A DNA stretch of 64,000 nucleotides from Squalus acanthias. Lineage: Eukaryota. The stretch is taken from the NCBI GenBank assembly GCA_030390025.1, contig CM059432.1:76076001-76140000 (forward strand). The letters run 5' to 3'. This document shows positions 38,826 through 50,460 of this stretch, piece by piece (within the stretch, counting starts at the first letter, position 1; each line of letters starts with the position of its first letter). The position numbers and the translations under genes are program-made. Below the pieces are notes generated by a model. It was not told where the DNA came from. It made no database searches and worked only from the letters and a program-made list of their open reading frames with translations.

Positions 38826-41177
38826 ATGGAATGGATTCTGGTAGTGCTCGCGGCAATCGGATGTGGACTGGCCTATCGAGGCCGCACCAAGGATGTCGTG
38901 ATGTTTGGATGCTCCGGGGACACGGCCCCCATCGCGGTGGATGGGACCGGAAGGCGAGAGGCTGAGGAGACCGCCACTTATTTCCACAAGGGAAGGTGGC
39001 CAGGATGGCTGGGAATGAATTCCACTGAGTATTCCAGTACATCGGGTTTTGCCTACAAAGAGACTTCTTTAATGTGCCCCAAAGTGAGGATCATCGCACC
39101 CAGAGTCAGCGTCACCGTCGGCAAACGGATTTGTTTGACTTGTAATGGGAATGTCCCATTGAGCCGATGGTGGTGGCTACGAAAGCTGAGCAAAAACATG
39201 AGGAACTCTTCGGTCAAGTGGGAGCGACTGGGTAATAATACCCATTGGACAATTACGGGGACAAACGGACAATTGAGAGTCTGTTGGGACAAATGGTGGG
39301 AACCGGATGAGGGAATTTATGTATGTATGTGGGGGTCAAAGCACGTTTGCCCCAAAGGCATCTCCATATTTTTCATCAATCAGTGGCAGGATAATGGGAA
39401 AGGGATGAGGTGGGATGCAAGCACCAGGGGGTGCGGGGCTCCATACTCTCCGATCCCGGTAAATGCCACTGAACTCATTACGCGCCCACGCAAGGCCCCA
39501 CCCACAATTCCGGTGGTTCTAGCTAAGGAAGAAGGGTGCCCAAAAACCAGTAAGGGACCCGGGAATGGTTTGGTACTGGTCCCTACAGACCAGCTATTAT
39601 TTCAGGGGGTACATTATGCGGTGGCCTCAGTGATTTTAAACCTCACCGAGGTGCGGTTGCCAGAGTGGTGCCCCAAAGAGACGAAACAGTTGTATCAGGT
39701 CCTGTTGACCAAGATGTTTAGGCAATTTTATGAGTTCGATTTCGCGGAAATTGATAAAACAAGTTTGTACACCGCACCACATGAAGTTTTGGGCCAGGTG
39801 GGGAGACAAAGAAGGGGCATTGTGAACGATATGTTCACCGCTTTTAATACAGGTACATCTGTGGTCAACGCTCTAGACAGCGTGGAGCTGCAGACCCAGA
39901 TTAATGGCTTAAAAACACAATTGAAGAACATCCTCACAGATGAAAATAAGGTGGTTGGGTCTGGGTTACATGAGGACCAGGCCATGACTCTCCATTTAAA
40001 AGAAATAATAGCTGAGCTGGAGAAACATGCGCGTACAGTAAATGCCCTGATCAGGGAAGATTGGAATGCGTCCGATCAGGCTGCGCAGAACGAGGTGTGC
40101 GTGCTTTACGGGGCGTGGTTACTGGGCGAGGGCCGCAGTAATTTGGAGGATTTAAAACAAGGTTTGGTCCCGTCCTGGATAAGTAACAAACACCTGCAGG
40201 CGTTCCACCCTTTTCAGAACGCATTAAGCCCGTGCCAGCTCAGGCTAGCTTCAGAAGCATACCCAGTCCGCGTGGACTGCGGACGATCAAACCACACCAT
40301 TATGGGTGTAGTTTTACGTATGCCGGTTTTGGGCGACACAGCAAAGCCCGCCCTGGTGTATCGGGTAGAGAACATTGGTGTCATTCAAGGGGGAGCCCAC
40401 ATTCGCTATGCAGCGGTTCCACCTTACGTCATCCGCTGGGAGCAAACGATGACAGGTACAGATCTCTCTGGTTGTCGTGGCCGGGGAGCACACATAATCC
40501 TGTGTCCCCAGCACTTGAATGCCTTTTTAACACCACAGTGCGGGTTCAGGACGGCTGGCGCCAAGCCCATGAATTGCACCATGGAGGCAATGGCACAAGA
40601 TCATGTGCCTCCGCAGGTAGCATACATCGGGGGTGGAACATATTGTGTTACCACTGCAGCGCAACACTACCAGCATGGAAACCGTAGCCGGTGTCCGGTG
40701 AGTGACAGCAGTTTCTGTTTTAAACCCAGGGCTGAAGTTCAAGTGGCACAGCAGCGAATTGTCCCAATCCCTGAACCATCCACTGTTCATCTTACAGTAA
40801 AAGAGAACTTCACCGACTTGCAGCGATTCGTCACGCATTTCGGATACCTCATTCCCCCTCTCCCTGAACACCTCACCAAGCTTTTGAAAGCCGTCGCGGT
40901 ATCGCAAAAACATTTTTACACCCTAGAACAAAAGACTGTCGAGATAGGGACAGAAATTCTAGACATAGTAATTCCACCGTGGTGGGATCTGTTCACCAAC
41001 ATTGAAGTGCCTTCCTGGATTTGAATAGCCTCCCACATTCTAGTTGTATGCCAAGTGTTTATTGTGATATACTTATTGGTCGTGCATTGTAAGAGAGGCA
41101 AACGCCTCACCAAGAACGAAAACACGGGAGAGTGGCGAGAACGTTACGTGCGCGTGCACGATGAAAGCACCGCGTAA
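38826..41177 (+). CDS. env: Envelope glycoprotein, class I F-like, with Ig-like N-terminal domain; premature TGA at 41022-41024 just before the TM helix
   Basis: Signal peptide MEWILVVLAAIGCGLA after a likely splice acceptor (AG 38811-38812); RQRR furin site 39804-39815; fusion peptide and heptads; Cys-rich region; after the stop the frame continues IASHILVVCQVFIVIYLLVVHC-KRGKR to TAA 41175-41177. Confidence 0.85.
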
Positions 41178-41605
41178 ACAGACAAAATGGCGTCACTCCA
41201 GTTTTCCACGTGCGCCTCGGAATTGTTGTAATCGATCGTGATTTTTCTCAGAAACTGTAATTAAGTTTGGAACTCTACCTATTTAAGAGTTGGTTTTGAT
41301 TATTTTGATTTGGTGTTGTTGAATATGATTGTTTGGTTGTTTTTGTTTTCTTTTTCCTTGAATAAAAAAGAAAAATATGCATATGCAGGTGGTGCAAGAG
41401 GCATCGGCCTGGTTACACCTGGAAGGAAATGTAAGTTAAAGGCAAATGCTGCCTACGGTGTTATAAGAATGTAATTTTCCTGGGAAATAAGGACGACACG
41501 GAGACCCTAGATAGTTTTAAGTTATGGGAATTTTTGGATATGGAGAATCGAGATAATATTGCTCACCACAATGTTTTTGATACGATAAGCGGAGTTATTC
41601 GCATC

Positions 41606-41617
41606 AACAGGAGGGAC
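41606..41617 (+). other. Polypurine tract
   Basis: AACAGGAGGGAC immediately before the TGT of the 3' LTR. Confidence 0.8.
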
Positions 41618-42582
41618 TGTAGAATTCGCAAAATTATCGCGATTTTATAAAAATAAGAAGGAGACATAAAGTTTCGTATAAACAGCTTTATTTCAGCAGA
41701 ATGCTGTGAGGTTTCAAAACGGACACAAACAGCCTGTAAAATGGCCGCCACGCCTCGTGGCAGAAAGTTCTAGACTTTCAGTAGGCAGACAAGATGGCGC
41801 TTCAATAAACATTTCAGCAAGATCGGACAGGACTCAGCACATTTGAGATAATTGACAAGACATGATGGGTTTGCATTTTAAACATAAATACTGAAATCGG
41901 TCCCCCAGGTGCAAACAAGGGCTATTGTACTGAACGATCAAGGACCCATCCAAAGACATTAATATGCAAAATCCCCACGGCTCTACGATGAGAGAGCCGT
42001 TCACGGGTACTCACAGCAAGCATTTGGAAGCCCCAAAACCCCTCCAGGGAGACTACTAGCCGGTTCCACAATGGGAGAAATATTAACGGGTACTCAGACA
42101 GTCACAAGTGTCACCGAAACCCATTAAAGACTGAGATCACCCCATACAAGAAGTTTGAGCGCCAAAACCCTGACAAAAGATAGACATTAAGATTGGGCGG
42201 GAAAAGAGGAATTACAGCACTATGGGGGAAAAATTAGGTCGCGCCCCGTTTGGGGCGCAAATATCGTCTGGACGCAAATATTAGCGCCTGGCGCTAATTA
42301 TCGCCACTGACTGGAAACTTCACTTTTACCGCCCCAGGAGGTGAGTGGAGCGCTAAATCAGGCGCTGCACACCTGTCTTAAGGCGCAAAGGCCGAGCAGT
42401 GAGGCGCTAACTCAGCGCGCGAGTGCAGCGCAGCTGCTGCCAGTTAGCGAGGGAACACAGACACACTGGCGCCGGCCAGTTCTTAAAGCGGGGGGGACCA
42501 ACTTGCTCCCCAGCCACACCCTGCTCATTGCAGCCTTGAATCTCGGCCTGGAGAGACCTGTGAATCCATTTTGCTGCCAAGG

Positions 42583-44402
42583 ATGGAGAGGGTGAGAGAA
42601 CGAGCTCATCGCTTCACCGAGCGGGCCTTGGATGCTCTGGTTGGCGCGGTGGAGCGCAGAAGATGTATACTCTTCCCTGAGAGTGGCAGGAGGCCTTTGC
42701 CACGCGAGTACAGAAGAGTGTGGAGGGAGGTGGCTCAGAGCGTCTCCTCCAGGAGCATGGTGCCCAGGACCCATGTTCAATGCTGCAAAAAGTTCAACGA
42801 CCTCACTCGGGTCGTCAGGGTGAGTGGCTTTTTCTCAATACCTCTCCATCCCTCCATCTCAACCTCACTCTATGGCCAGAGGGTCTTAAAACCCCAATGC
42901 ACAACACTCATCCAACACCTATGGCCCTTTCATGAAACACACACACACATTCCACACTTTGCATACAGTAAGGGCTATTCACCTATGGGAGGCACATCAG
43001 GCAAGACCATGGCTGCATACAGTAAGGGCTATTCATCTATGGGAGGCGCATCAGGCAAGACCATGGCTGTATATTTACTCAGATGCTGTCCTTTTTCTTG
43101 CAGGCCAAGCTGGCGCATAATCGGAGACAGCAGCAACGGACAGGTGGAGGGCGGCCTCAGCTGCAACCCCTCAGCGATCTTGAGGAGCGCGTCCACAGGA
43201 TTGTGGCAAGCCGGGTGATCGGTCCCGTCGCCACTGGAGACGCCGACCCCGTTGTGGACAGCAATGGTAAGGTCATCACCTTTTTGTCCTCTGTCCTTCC
43301 ACTTGTCCCTCACAACACCAGCCTTTGACACTTTCAATCCAACTTGCTAACTCGCTGCACTTATTCCTCCCTTACTGCCACCCTGTCCTCACGCTAAAGC
43401 CACTCTTGTACCTCCCTGCTTTCAGATGGTGATTCACCAGCTGAGGAGACGGGCCCTGAAGCTGCCACTGGGAGTGATGCTGCAGCCGAGGAGGAAGAGG
43501 AAGCCGGAGCATCAGTGCCACCCTCTCCCGAGGAAGCCCATGCCCACACTGGGAACACGCCTTCCCTGGAGGGGAGCAGGGGGGAAGGGTCTGATGAGGG
43601 TGAAGCTCCAGGACCCAGCGGGCTGCAGCAATGCCATGGGGGTAGGGAAGAACGGGGGCCTTCTCCCCAGAGGGAGAGTATGCCAGAGACTCCTACTGCA
43701 ATGGACGCAGAGGAGGAGCGGCTGATCGCAGAAATGAACACCCAGGCGGTGGGCATGCACACTGAGCTCATGGGTGCAGTGGGAAGGGTGCCCGAATGCA
43801 TTGAGTCACTGGCAAGGAGTGTGGAGCACTTCGCTGTAGCACAGGCGGATGCCACACTAACGCTTAGTGCTGCAATTCAGTCACTGGCTGCCGTGATCCC
43901 ATCTCTGACTGCTCTCATGCAGACTCAGATTGAGGCCACGTGAGCACAGACTGCTGCCAACCTCGATGGTTCGTTCACATGTCCCCGGGGCTGTCACCGC
44001 GCCGCAGCAGGCCAGCAATCTGTTCTCCAGCAGATTGCTCCGGATGCTGAAGTGCTGCCCCGTGGGAGTGCCAGTGTGTCGGGCGAGCAGGGAGTTGCTG
44101 TCCTCTCTCACGATGACAGCATTCCTGCTGCCAACACTGTCACTTCTCCACTGCACTTGCCACCGCCTGTAGGACAGACTGCTGCCGCCCATGCAGAGTT
44201 GGTGCAGTCTGCAGCCGGGCCCTCCAGGCCCAGAACTGGTCGAGGCCGTCCTTCAGGGGCATCTGCAGTGTCAGGGTCTGACGATCAGCAGCCTTCCACC
44301 AGCCTTGCTGCAGCCACTGAGGTCCCATTACGGAGGAGCAGTAGGGTTAGAAGGGGGGAAGTGCGCAAGGGAAGGAGATCACCCTCGAAGCGCAAAAAGT
44401 AG
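42583..44402 (+). pseudogene. Harbinger Myb/SANT-like DNA-binding protein; exons 42583-42819, 43104-43266, 43426-44402; one in-frame TGA at 43941
   Basis: RFTERALDALV...VWREVAQSV...RTHVQCCKKFNDL trihelix motif, RTGGG motif, phase-compatible GT-AG introns, basic C-terminus. Confidence 0.85.
42961..43068 (+). repeat. 54-bp tandem duplication in intron 1 of the Myb-like gene
   Basis: GCATACAGTAAGGGCTATTCA...CAAGACCATGGCT twice, 2 mismatches. Confidence 0.9.
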
Positions 44403-44714
44403 GAGGTGTGACAAAATGCTGGTCATTTTTTTATTAAAGGCCGAGGTTCATGGTCCAACTTTTGTTTAGTGTTTTGGACATTATCTCCAGGTTGTGAGAA
44501 CCAGTTATGTTATTGACTGTTTTTTTGTGTTTATTTCTATGAGTTTGTCATGAGGAATTGACACACACAGAGTTTGTAAAATAAATAAGTTTCTGTATTC
44601 AAAATATACATGGTTGGTGTTTGGAATTATTGGTGCCTTGGCCGGCTTATGGGTTGCGTGCTGGGTTCATTGATGTTGTTAGCAATGGCAGAAGCCATTT
44701 CCACAGCAGGGGCC

Positions 44715-45875
44715 CTAGAAGCGGCTTGCTATCAGCCGTTGACGGACGGCCCTTGTAGTTTCACCATTGTGGGCCGCCCTCCCGCCTTGGTGCTGCTGAT
44801 GATCATCCTCCTCGTCCTCTTCCTCCTCTTCCTCCTCCTCCTCTGGTGGTGCTCCAAGGCCTGGTGGCATTGGCTGGGTCCTGACGATTGCCATGTTATG
44901 CAACATGCAGCACACAACTACGAAGTTGGATACTCGTTCAGGCGAGTACTGCAGGGCTCCTCCAGAATGGTCGAGACAGCGGAACCGTTGCTTCAGCACG
45001 CCGATTGTGCGCTCAATGATGTTCCTGGTAGCTTGATGGCTCTCATTGTACCGCAGCTCAGCAGGGGTGTTGGGCGTACGGAGCGGTGTCATCAGCCAGG
45101 TGCTCAATGGATACCCCTTGTCCCCAAGAAGCCAACCAACTGGCTGATGCGGTGCCTCGAAAAGTTCTGCCACAGTAGTCTGGCGCAGGATGAAAGCATC
45201 GTGGCAGCTGCCAGGATAGTGGGCATTGACAGCGAGTATCAGCTGTCTGTGGTCACAGACCAACTGAACATTCAAGGAATGGAACCCCTTTCTGTTCCGG
45301 AATTCCTCGGCATTCTCATGTGGAGCACGCAAAGCCACATGCGTGCAGTCAATGGCGCCCTGCACCATGGGGAAGCCCGCTATCCTCGCAAAGCCCAGAG
45401 CGCGGTCACGCTGCTTGTCTGGGGTCATGGGGAAAGAGATGAACTCTCGTCTCCTTTTAAAGAGGGTATTTGTGACCTGCCGGATGCAGCAATGCACCGC
45501 GAACTGGGAGATATTGGCGAGGTCCCCAGCAGCAGCTTGAAATGAGCCAGTAGCATAGAAGTTGAGAGCCACTGTGACCTTCACTGCCACCGACAGAGAC
45601 GTCCTGGACCTCAGTTGAGGCTGCAGATCTGGCTGCAGCAGGTGGCAGAGCTCAGTGACCACCTCCTTGCTGAATCGCAGCCTTCGCAAACACAGCTCCT
45701 CAGACATATGAATGTAGGAGAGCTGTTCACGATATACCCTGGGAGGGTAAGCTCTCCTGTACATACGCCTGTTGGCCCTCCTCCATCTGGCCATCCTTGC
45801 CACTCTCTCTCTGCGTCTCTGTGTCCTCCGATTCAGCTGGAGCAGGACGACGCCCCCAATCAGTGCAGCCCCCAT
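44715..45875 (-). CDS. Harbinger DDE transposase (HARBI1-like), intact, 386 aa from the likely ATG
   Basis: GAIDCTHV, RNRKGFHSLNVQ, PGSCHDA, LLGDKGYP, IERTIGVLKQRFRCL; acidic tail; TATTTAAA upstream at ~46070-46077. Confidence 0.92.
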   Translation of the reverse strand: MGAALIGGVVLLQLNRRTQRRRERVARMARWRRANRRMYRRAYPPRVYREQLSYIHMSEELCLRRLRFSKEVVTELCHLLQPDLQPQLRSRTSLSVAVKVTVALNFYATGSFQAAAGDLANISQFAVHCCIRQVTNTLFKRRREFISFPMTPDKQRDRALGFARIAGFPMVQGAIDCTHVALRAPHENAEEFRNRKGFHSLNVQLVCDHRQLILAVNAHYPGSCHDAFILRQTTVAELFEAPHQPVGWLLGDKGYPLSTWLMTPLRTPNTPAELRYNESHQATRNIIERTIGVLKQRFRCLDHSGGALQYSPERVSNFVVVCCMLHNMAIVRTQPMPPGLGAPPEEEEEEEEEDEEDDHQQHQGGRAAHNGETTRAVRQRLIASRF

Positions 45876-47413
45876 AGTCTCTTTGCAAGCAAAGTAATGA
45901 AGGACAGCAACCAAAGTACTAGCGAAGTTAGGATCAGTAGGCAAAACTACCTCACAAAGCGTTGTCTCAATGCAGAAGTCTCTCTTTCTCTCTCTCCGAA
46001 TCGCTCTCTCTCTCTCAGAACGAGTGGTGCAAAAATGTCAAACACAGAAAAAGACAGGAAGAGGCCCCCTTTAAATAGCGCCCCCCCCAGCCCCACAGCG
46101 ATTGATAGCGTTCCAGTCTTCCGGTCGTTGGATGCGCCAGGCGGTAAGGCAGGGGGCGCCACTCAATTTCCGCTCCGGGGCGCCACAAGCGCGTTGCACC
46201 ATGGAATGACGTCACAATCTGCGCGCGAAGGTGGTCGCAGCGGTAAAGTTTAGCGACGCCGCACAATGTCTAGTTAAGTTCCCGAGCGGCGCAAACATCG
46301 CTGCGCCCGGGCGTTAGCGGCTTTGCGCCCCATTAGCGCCCTCTTAAGGCGCTAACGGGAGGCGCAACCAACTGAATTTTTACCCCTATAACTGTAAAGT
46401 ACAGCCGTCCATCTCTCTCTTGCTGCTTTGACTTGCTGGAAGGCTGCTGAACTCTTATTCTCTTGCCTGACGACTCTGGACTGTGATCCGCTAGGATCAA
46501 CCTCATGGCTTGCCGCGAAGATCTGTGGAGAACTGGGCTGTGAGGCCTGGAGGCGGGCGCACCATCCCGAGGAGTCGGTAAACGGTGTTGGAACCGAAGG
46601 CCCGAGAGGAGATGAGATGAGATGAGATGAGATGAGAAGAAGACTACACGTGTCACCACGGTCAGTAAGCCCCGACCGCGCCTAAAAATATAAGGACCAT
46701 TTTCGAATTCTATCGGCTACTCCACAACTGGCCCGAGAAGACTATTCTTCGAGTTCTACCGACAACTGGTGTAGGACACAGGAAGACTCTTTTTTGAGTA
46801 GTATCAGAACTCCGAGGGCAACACAGATCTTCATGACATCAGACGGTCCAGCCTGCTAGCCGGAGCAGAAACGAGTAAACAAGTGGGGTACAGAGACCCC
46901 TGATCAACACGTGGATAGTCAGGTGCTGCGGTAAAAACATCCGAGCAGAGTTTCGGAATTCTCCGAGTTATCACGAGTGGTGAGCATGAGTCTCGATCCT
47001 ACAAATCTAGATTAGGACAGGTATTGATAGGGGAGGGTTTAAGTTTTAAGGATAATTATAATGTGTGTCCCCTTTTACGATGTGTCGTGCGCTCCTCGTT
47101 TCCCTAAAATTAGTTTCATAACTGTGTGTAAGATTGTACTGTCATTAATCTGTGCTTATGACATGTATCTCGTAATCTTGAATAATATGCAATAAAGATT
47201 TTCCATTTCGCACTATTCAACCGGGTCTACCTGAGTTTTCTCTGCATTATTGCTCTCGCACCTAAGTCCAGTGTCAGAACCGTAAGGGCGAGTGGGTCGA
47301 ACCACTCACAGGTGTCTAGTGTTACCAGGCTGGCTGGAGACCAGAACAGGCAACAAGGCCTAACCCCGCACTAGCACCCAGGCTAAGCACAGAGCCACAC
47401 GTCACCCCTTACA

Positions 47414-47775
47414 GATAATGGCGACCACGAAGGGACACTGGCAGCGAGAAAATAATGTGTTAGACCCTGGTATGAATGGGCGAAATGTGATGGAAGAGAG
47501 AATAGCCGATTATGTTTTTGGAAAAGTGAATTTGACTAAGAGATGGATAAGTGACCTGCTGGTGGATAAGCGTCCACTAGAGGCAGCCGTGAGGTGGACA
47601 GGTAGCAAGGAACATAAAAAAACTGTAGAGAAAGCGTCTGGCTGATGTGCTATAAAAGACAAGTCCAGCTTTCGGACCAGGTCATCATAGCGCAGGCAGC
47701 TCAGATCAAGGGTTTAGAAGTGGAAATGGACGAGAAGGTCGCGGGGGGGCAGCAGCTCATCGCGTCTTTAAATGC
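47414..47775 (+). pseudogene. gag: Second PBS (47419-47436) and truncated gag 5' end with a 1-nt deletion
   Basis: Near-identical to 32226-32588; similarity ends abruptly at 47775. Confidence 0.92.
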
Positions 47776-48803
47776 TCTGGCTGATGTTCCCTTTAAAACC
47801 CAGGGCACTGAGACCAACTGCGATGCCCCAGTTAGCCTGGTTGAAACTGGCTAACTCACAGGATCATCGGAATTGCTAGACAAGAAAAGACCAAGGTCCA
47901 TCTAGTTCGCATTCTACCATCCTGGTAGTCACTTGATACAACGATAATGGAGTTGTTGACTAATCACAGCAATCAATCTCGATCAATTAGTTTACAACAG
48001 ACCCAGACATGAGGCGAGGAAAACCCCCAGTGGTGGAGAGCTTTGGGAACCATAGTTCCAAGTCACCTGTTCCTTCCAAGCATGCTACACTCACCGCACG
48101 TCATGTCTCCAATTACTCAGATACTGGATCCCAAAATGTTATTTAACACACACCAGGTATCAAACCTGGAATCTTCCTGGTCTCTGTGGCTCAGGGATGT
48201 TATCCTTGGAGCCGCTGGAAGGAGGTGCTGCTATGCCTCACATCTTCGCCAGGCTGAGGGGAGGCTGGGCACCGGCTGCAACATTTGGCCTCAGCATTCA
48301 TTGGCTGAGGAAAGAAAAAGCAGCTAGGGTTACTGCTCCGAATTGCTAGGCAGTGACCCGTGCTGGAAAATATGTACGTGGAAAGATTTGCAAGGTTATG
48401 GGGAGAGAGTGAGACTAATTGAATAGATCTTTCAAAAGAGCCGGCACAGGCAGGATGGGCTGAATGGCCTCCTTTTGTGCCGTATGATTCTATGATTCTA
48501 TGAAGGTGTGGAACCTTGATTTATTGCTTGACTCTGAGCTGTTTCTCTCCTCATATCCGCTCTGTTACCCAGACCGCTTTCTCCCATTTCTGGAATATTG
48601 CTGCTGCTGGCCCTGCCTCACCCCTCCGCTGATGATACCCTAGTCCATGCTTTCATCAACTTGAGACTTGACTTGATCTTCTAGTCAGCCTCCCTGCCTC
48701 ACCTCTACAAAAGCTTCAACTCATTCAAACGACTGCACTCCATGTCCTCCCCAGTACAGTTGCCAGCTACTCTCACATTCACCACACACCATTAATGAGT
48801 CAA

Positions 48804-50460
48804 AAGTGCCGATGGATGATCCATCTCGGCCTCCTCCTGAGGTCCCCACCACCACAGAAGTCAATCTTCAGCCAATTCGATTCAATCCACGTGATATCAA
48901 GAAATGGATGAGTGCACTGGATACAGCAAAGGTTTTGGGCCCCGACAACATCCCGGCTGTTGTGCTGAAGACTTGTGCTCCAGAACTAGCCGCGCTTCTA
49001 GCCAAGCTGTTCCACTACAGCTATAACACTGGCATCAATCCGACAATGTGGAAAACTGCCCAGGTTTGTCCTGTCCACAAAAAGCAGGACAAATCCAATC
49101 CGGCCAATCACCGCTCCATCAGTCTACTCTCAATCATCAACAAAGTGATGGAAGGTGTCGTTGACAGTGCTATCAAGCAGCACTTACTCACCAATAACCT
49201 GCTCACTGATGACCAGTTTGGGTTCCGCCAAGACCACTCGGCTCCAGACCTCATGGCAGCCTTGGTCCAAACATGGAAAAAAAGAGCTGAATTCCAGAGG
49301 TGAGGTGAGAGTGACTGCCCTTGACATCAAGGCAGCATTTGATCGTGTGTAGCATGAAAGAGTCCTAGTAAAACTGAAGTCAGTGGGAATCAGGGGGAAA
49401 ACTCTCCACTGGTTGGAGTCATACCTAGCACAAAGGAAGATGGTTGTGGTGGTTGGAGGTCAATCATCACAGCCCCAGGACATCGCTGCAGGAGTTCCTC
49501 AGGGCAGTTTCCTAGGCCCAACCATCTTCAGCTGCTTCATCAATGACCTTCCCTCCATCATAAGGTCAGAAGTTGAGATGTTCGCTGATGACTGCGCAGT
49601 GTTCAGTGCCATTCACAACTCCTCAGATAATGAAGCAGTCCATGCCCGCATGCAGCAAGACCTGGACGACAATCAGGCTTGGGCTGATAAGTGGCAAGTA
49701 ACATTAGCACCACACAAGTGCCAGGCAATGACTATCTCCGCCCCTTGACATTCAATGGCATTACCATCGCCGAATCCTCCACCATCAATATCCTGGAGAT
49801 CACCATTGACCAGAACCTTAACTGGACCAGCCACATAAATACTTTGGCAACAAGAGCAGGTCAGAGGCTAGGTATTCTGCAGCGAGTGTCTCACCTCGAC
49901 TCCCCAAAGCCTTTCCACCATCTACAAGGCACAAGTCAGGAGTGTGATGGAATACTCTACACTTGCCTGGATGAGTTCAGCTCCAACAACACTCAAGAAG
50001 CTCGACACCATCCAAGACAAAGCAGCCCGCTTGTTTGGCACCCCATCCACCACCTTAAACATTCACTCCCTCCACCACCGGCGTACCGTGGCTGCAGTGT
50101 GTACCATCTACAAGATGCACTGCAGCAACTCGTCAAGGCTTCTTCGGCAGCACCTCCCAAACCCGCGACCTCTACCACCTAGAAGGACAAGGGCAGCAGG
50201 CGCATGGGAACACCACCACCTCCAATGTCCCCTCCAAGTCACACACCATCCTGACCTGGAAGTATATCGCCAATCCTTCATCATTGCTGGGTCAAAATCC
50301 TGGAACCCCTTCCCTAACAGCACTGTGGGAGTACCTTCACCACACGGACTGCAGCGGTTCAAGAAGGCAGCTCACCACCAGCTTCTCAAGGGCATTAGGG
50401 ATGGGCAATGAATGCTTGCCTTGCCAGCGACGCCCACATCCCGTGAACAAATAAAAAAAG
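48804..50460 (+). mobile_element. 5'-truncated copy of the tRNA-headed LINE family
   Basis: RT ORF pieces 48806-50411; A-rich tail. Confidence 0.9.

Larger units (their letters stand above)
42224..46386. mobile_element. PIF/Harbinger DNA transposon, full length (4163 bp), two convergent genes
   Basis: TIRs GGGG(G/T)AAAAATT; TAT TSD (42221-42223, 46387-46389); the empty site is visible in the 5' LTR. Confidence 0.95.
41618..47413 (+). repeat. 3' LTR (41618-42223 plus 46387-47413), interrupted by Harbinger
   Basis: Exactly 1630 bp after removing the 4163-bp insert and 3-bp TSD; about 15 substitutions versus the 5' LTR by eye. Confidence 0.95.
30596..47775 (+). mobile_element. Endogenous retrovirus-like provirus (lokiretrovirus-like): LTR-PBS-gag-pro-pol-env-PPT-LTR, followed by a second PBS and gag stub
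   Basis: Paired LTRs, PBS, PPT and all catalytic motifs are visible; see sub-features. Confidence 0.95.

Noticed and set aside
44610..45545. 311-aa plus-strand ORF
   Set aside because: Antisense shadow of the Harbinger transposase; its Leu-rich stretch mirrors the acidic GAG repeats
30596..47413. Assignment as a foamy virus or gamma/epsilon ERV
   Set aside because: Has a CCHC knuckle and pol in the gag frame, no accessory ORFs after env, and no CX6CC/ISD in the TM subunit
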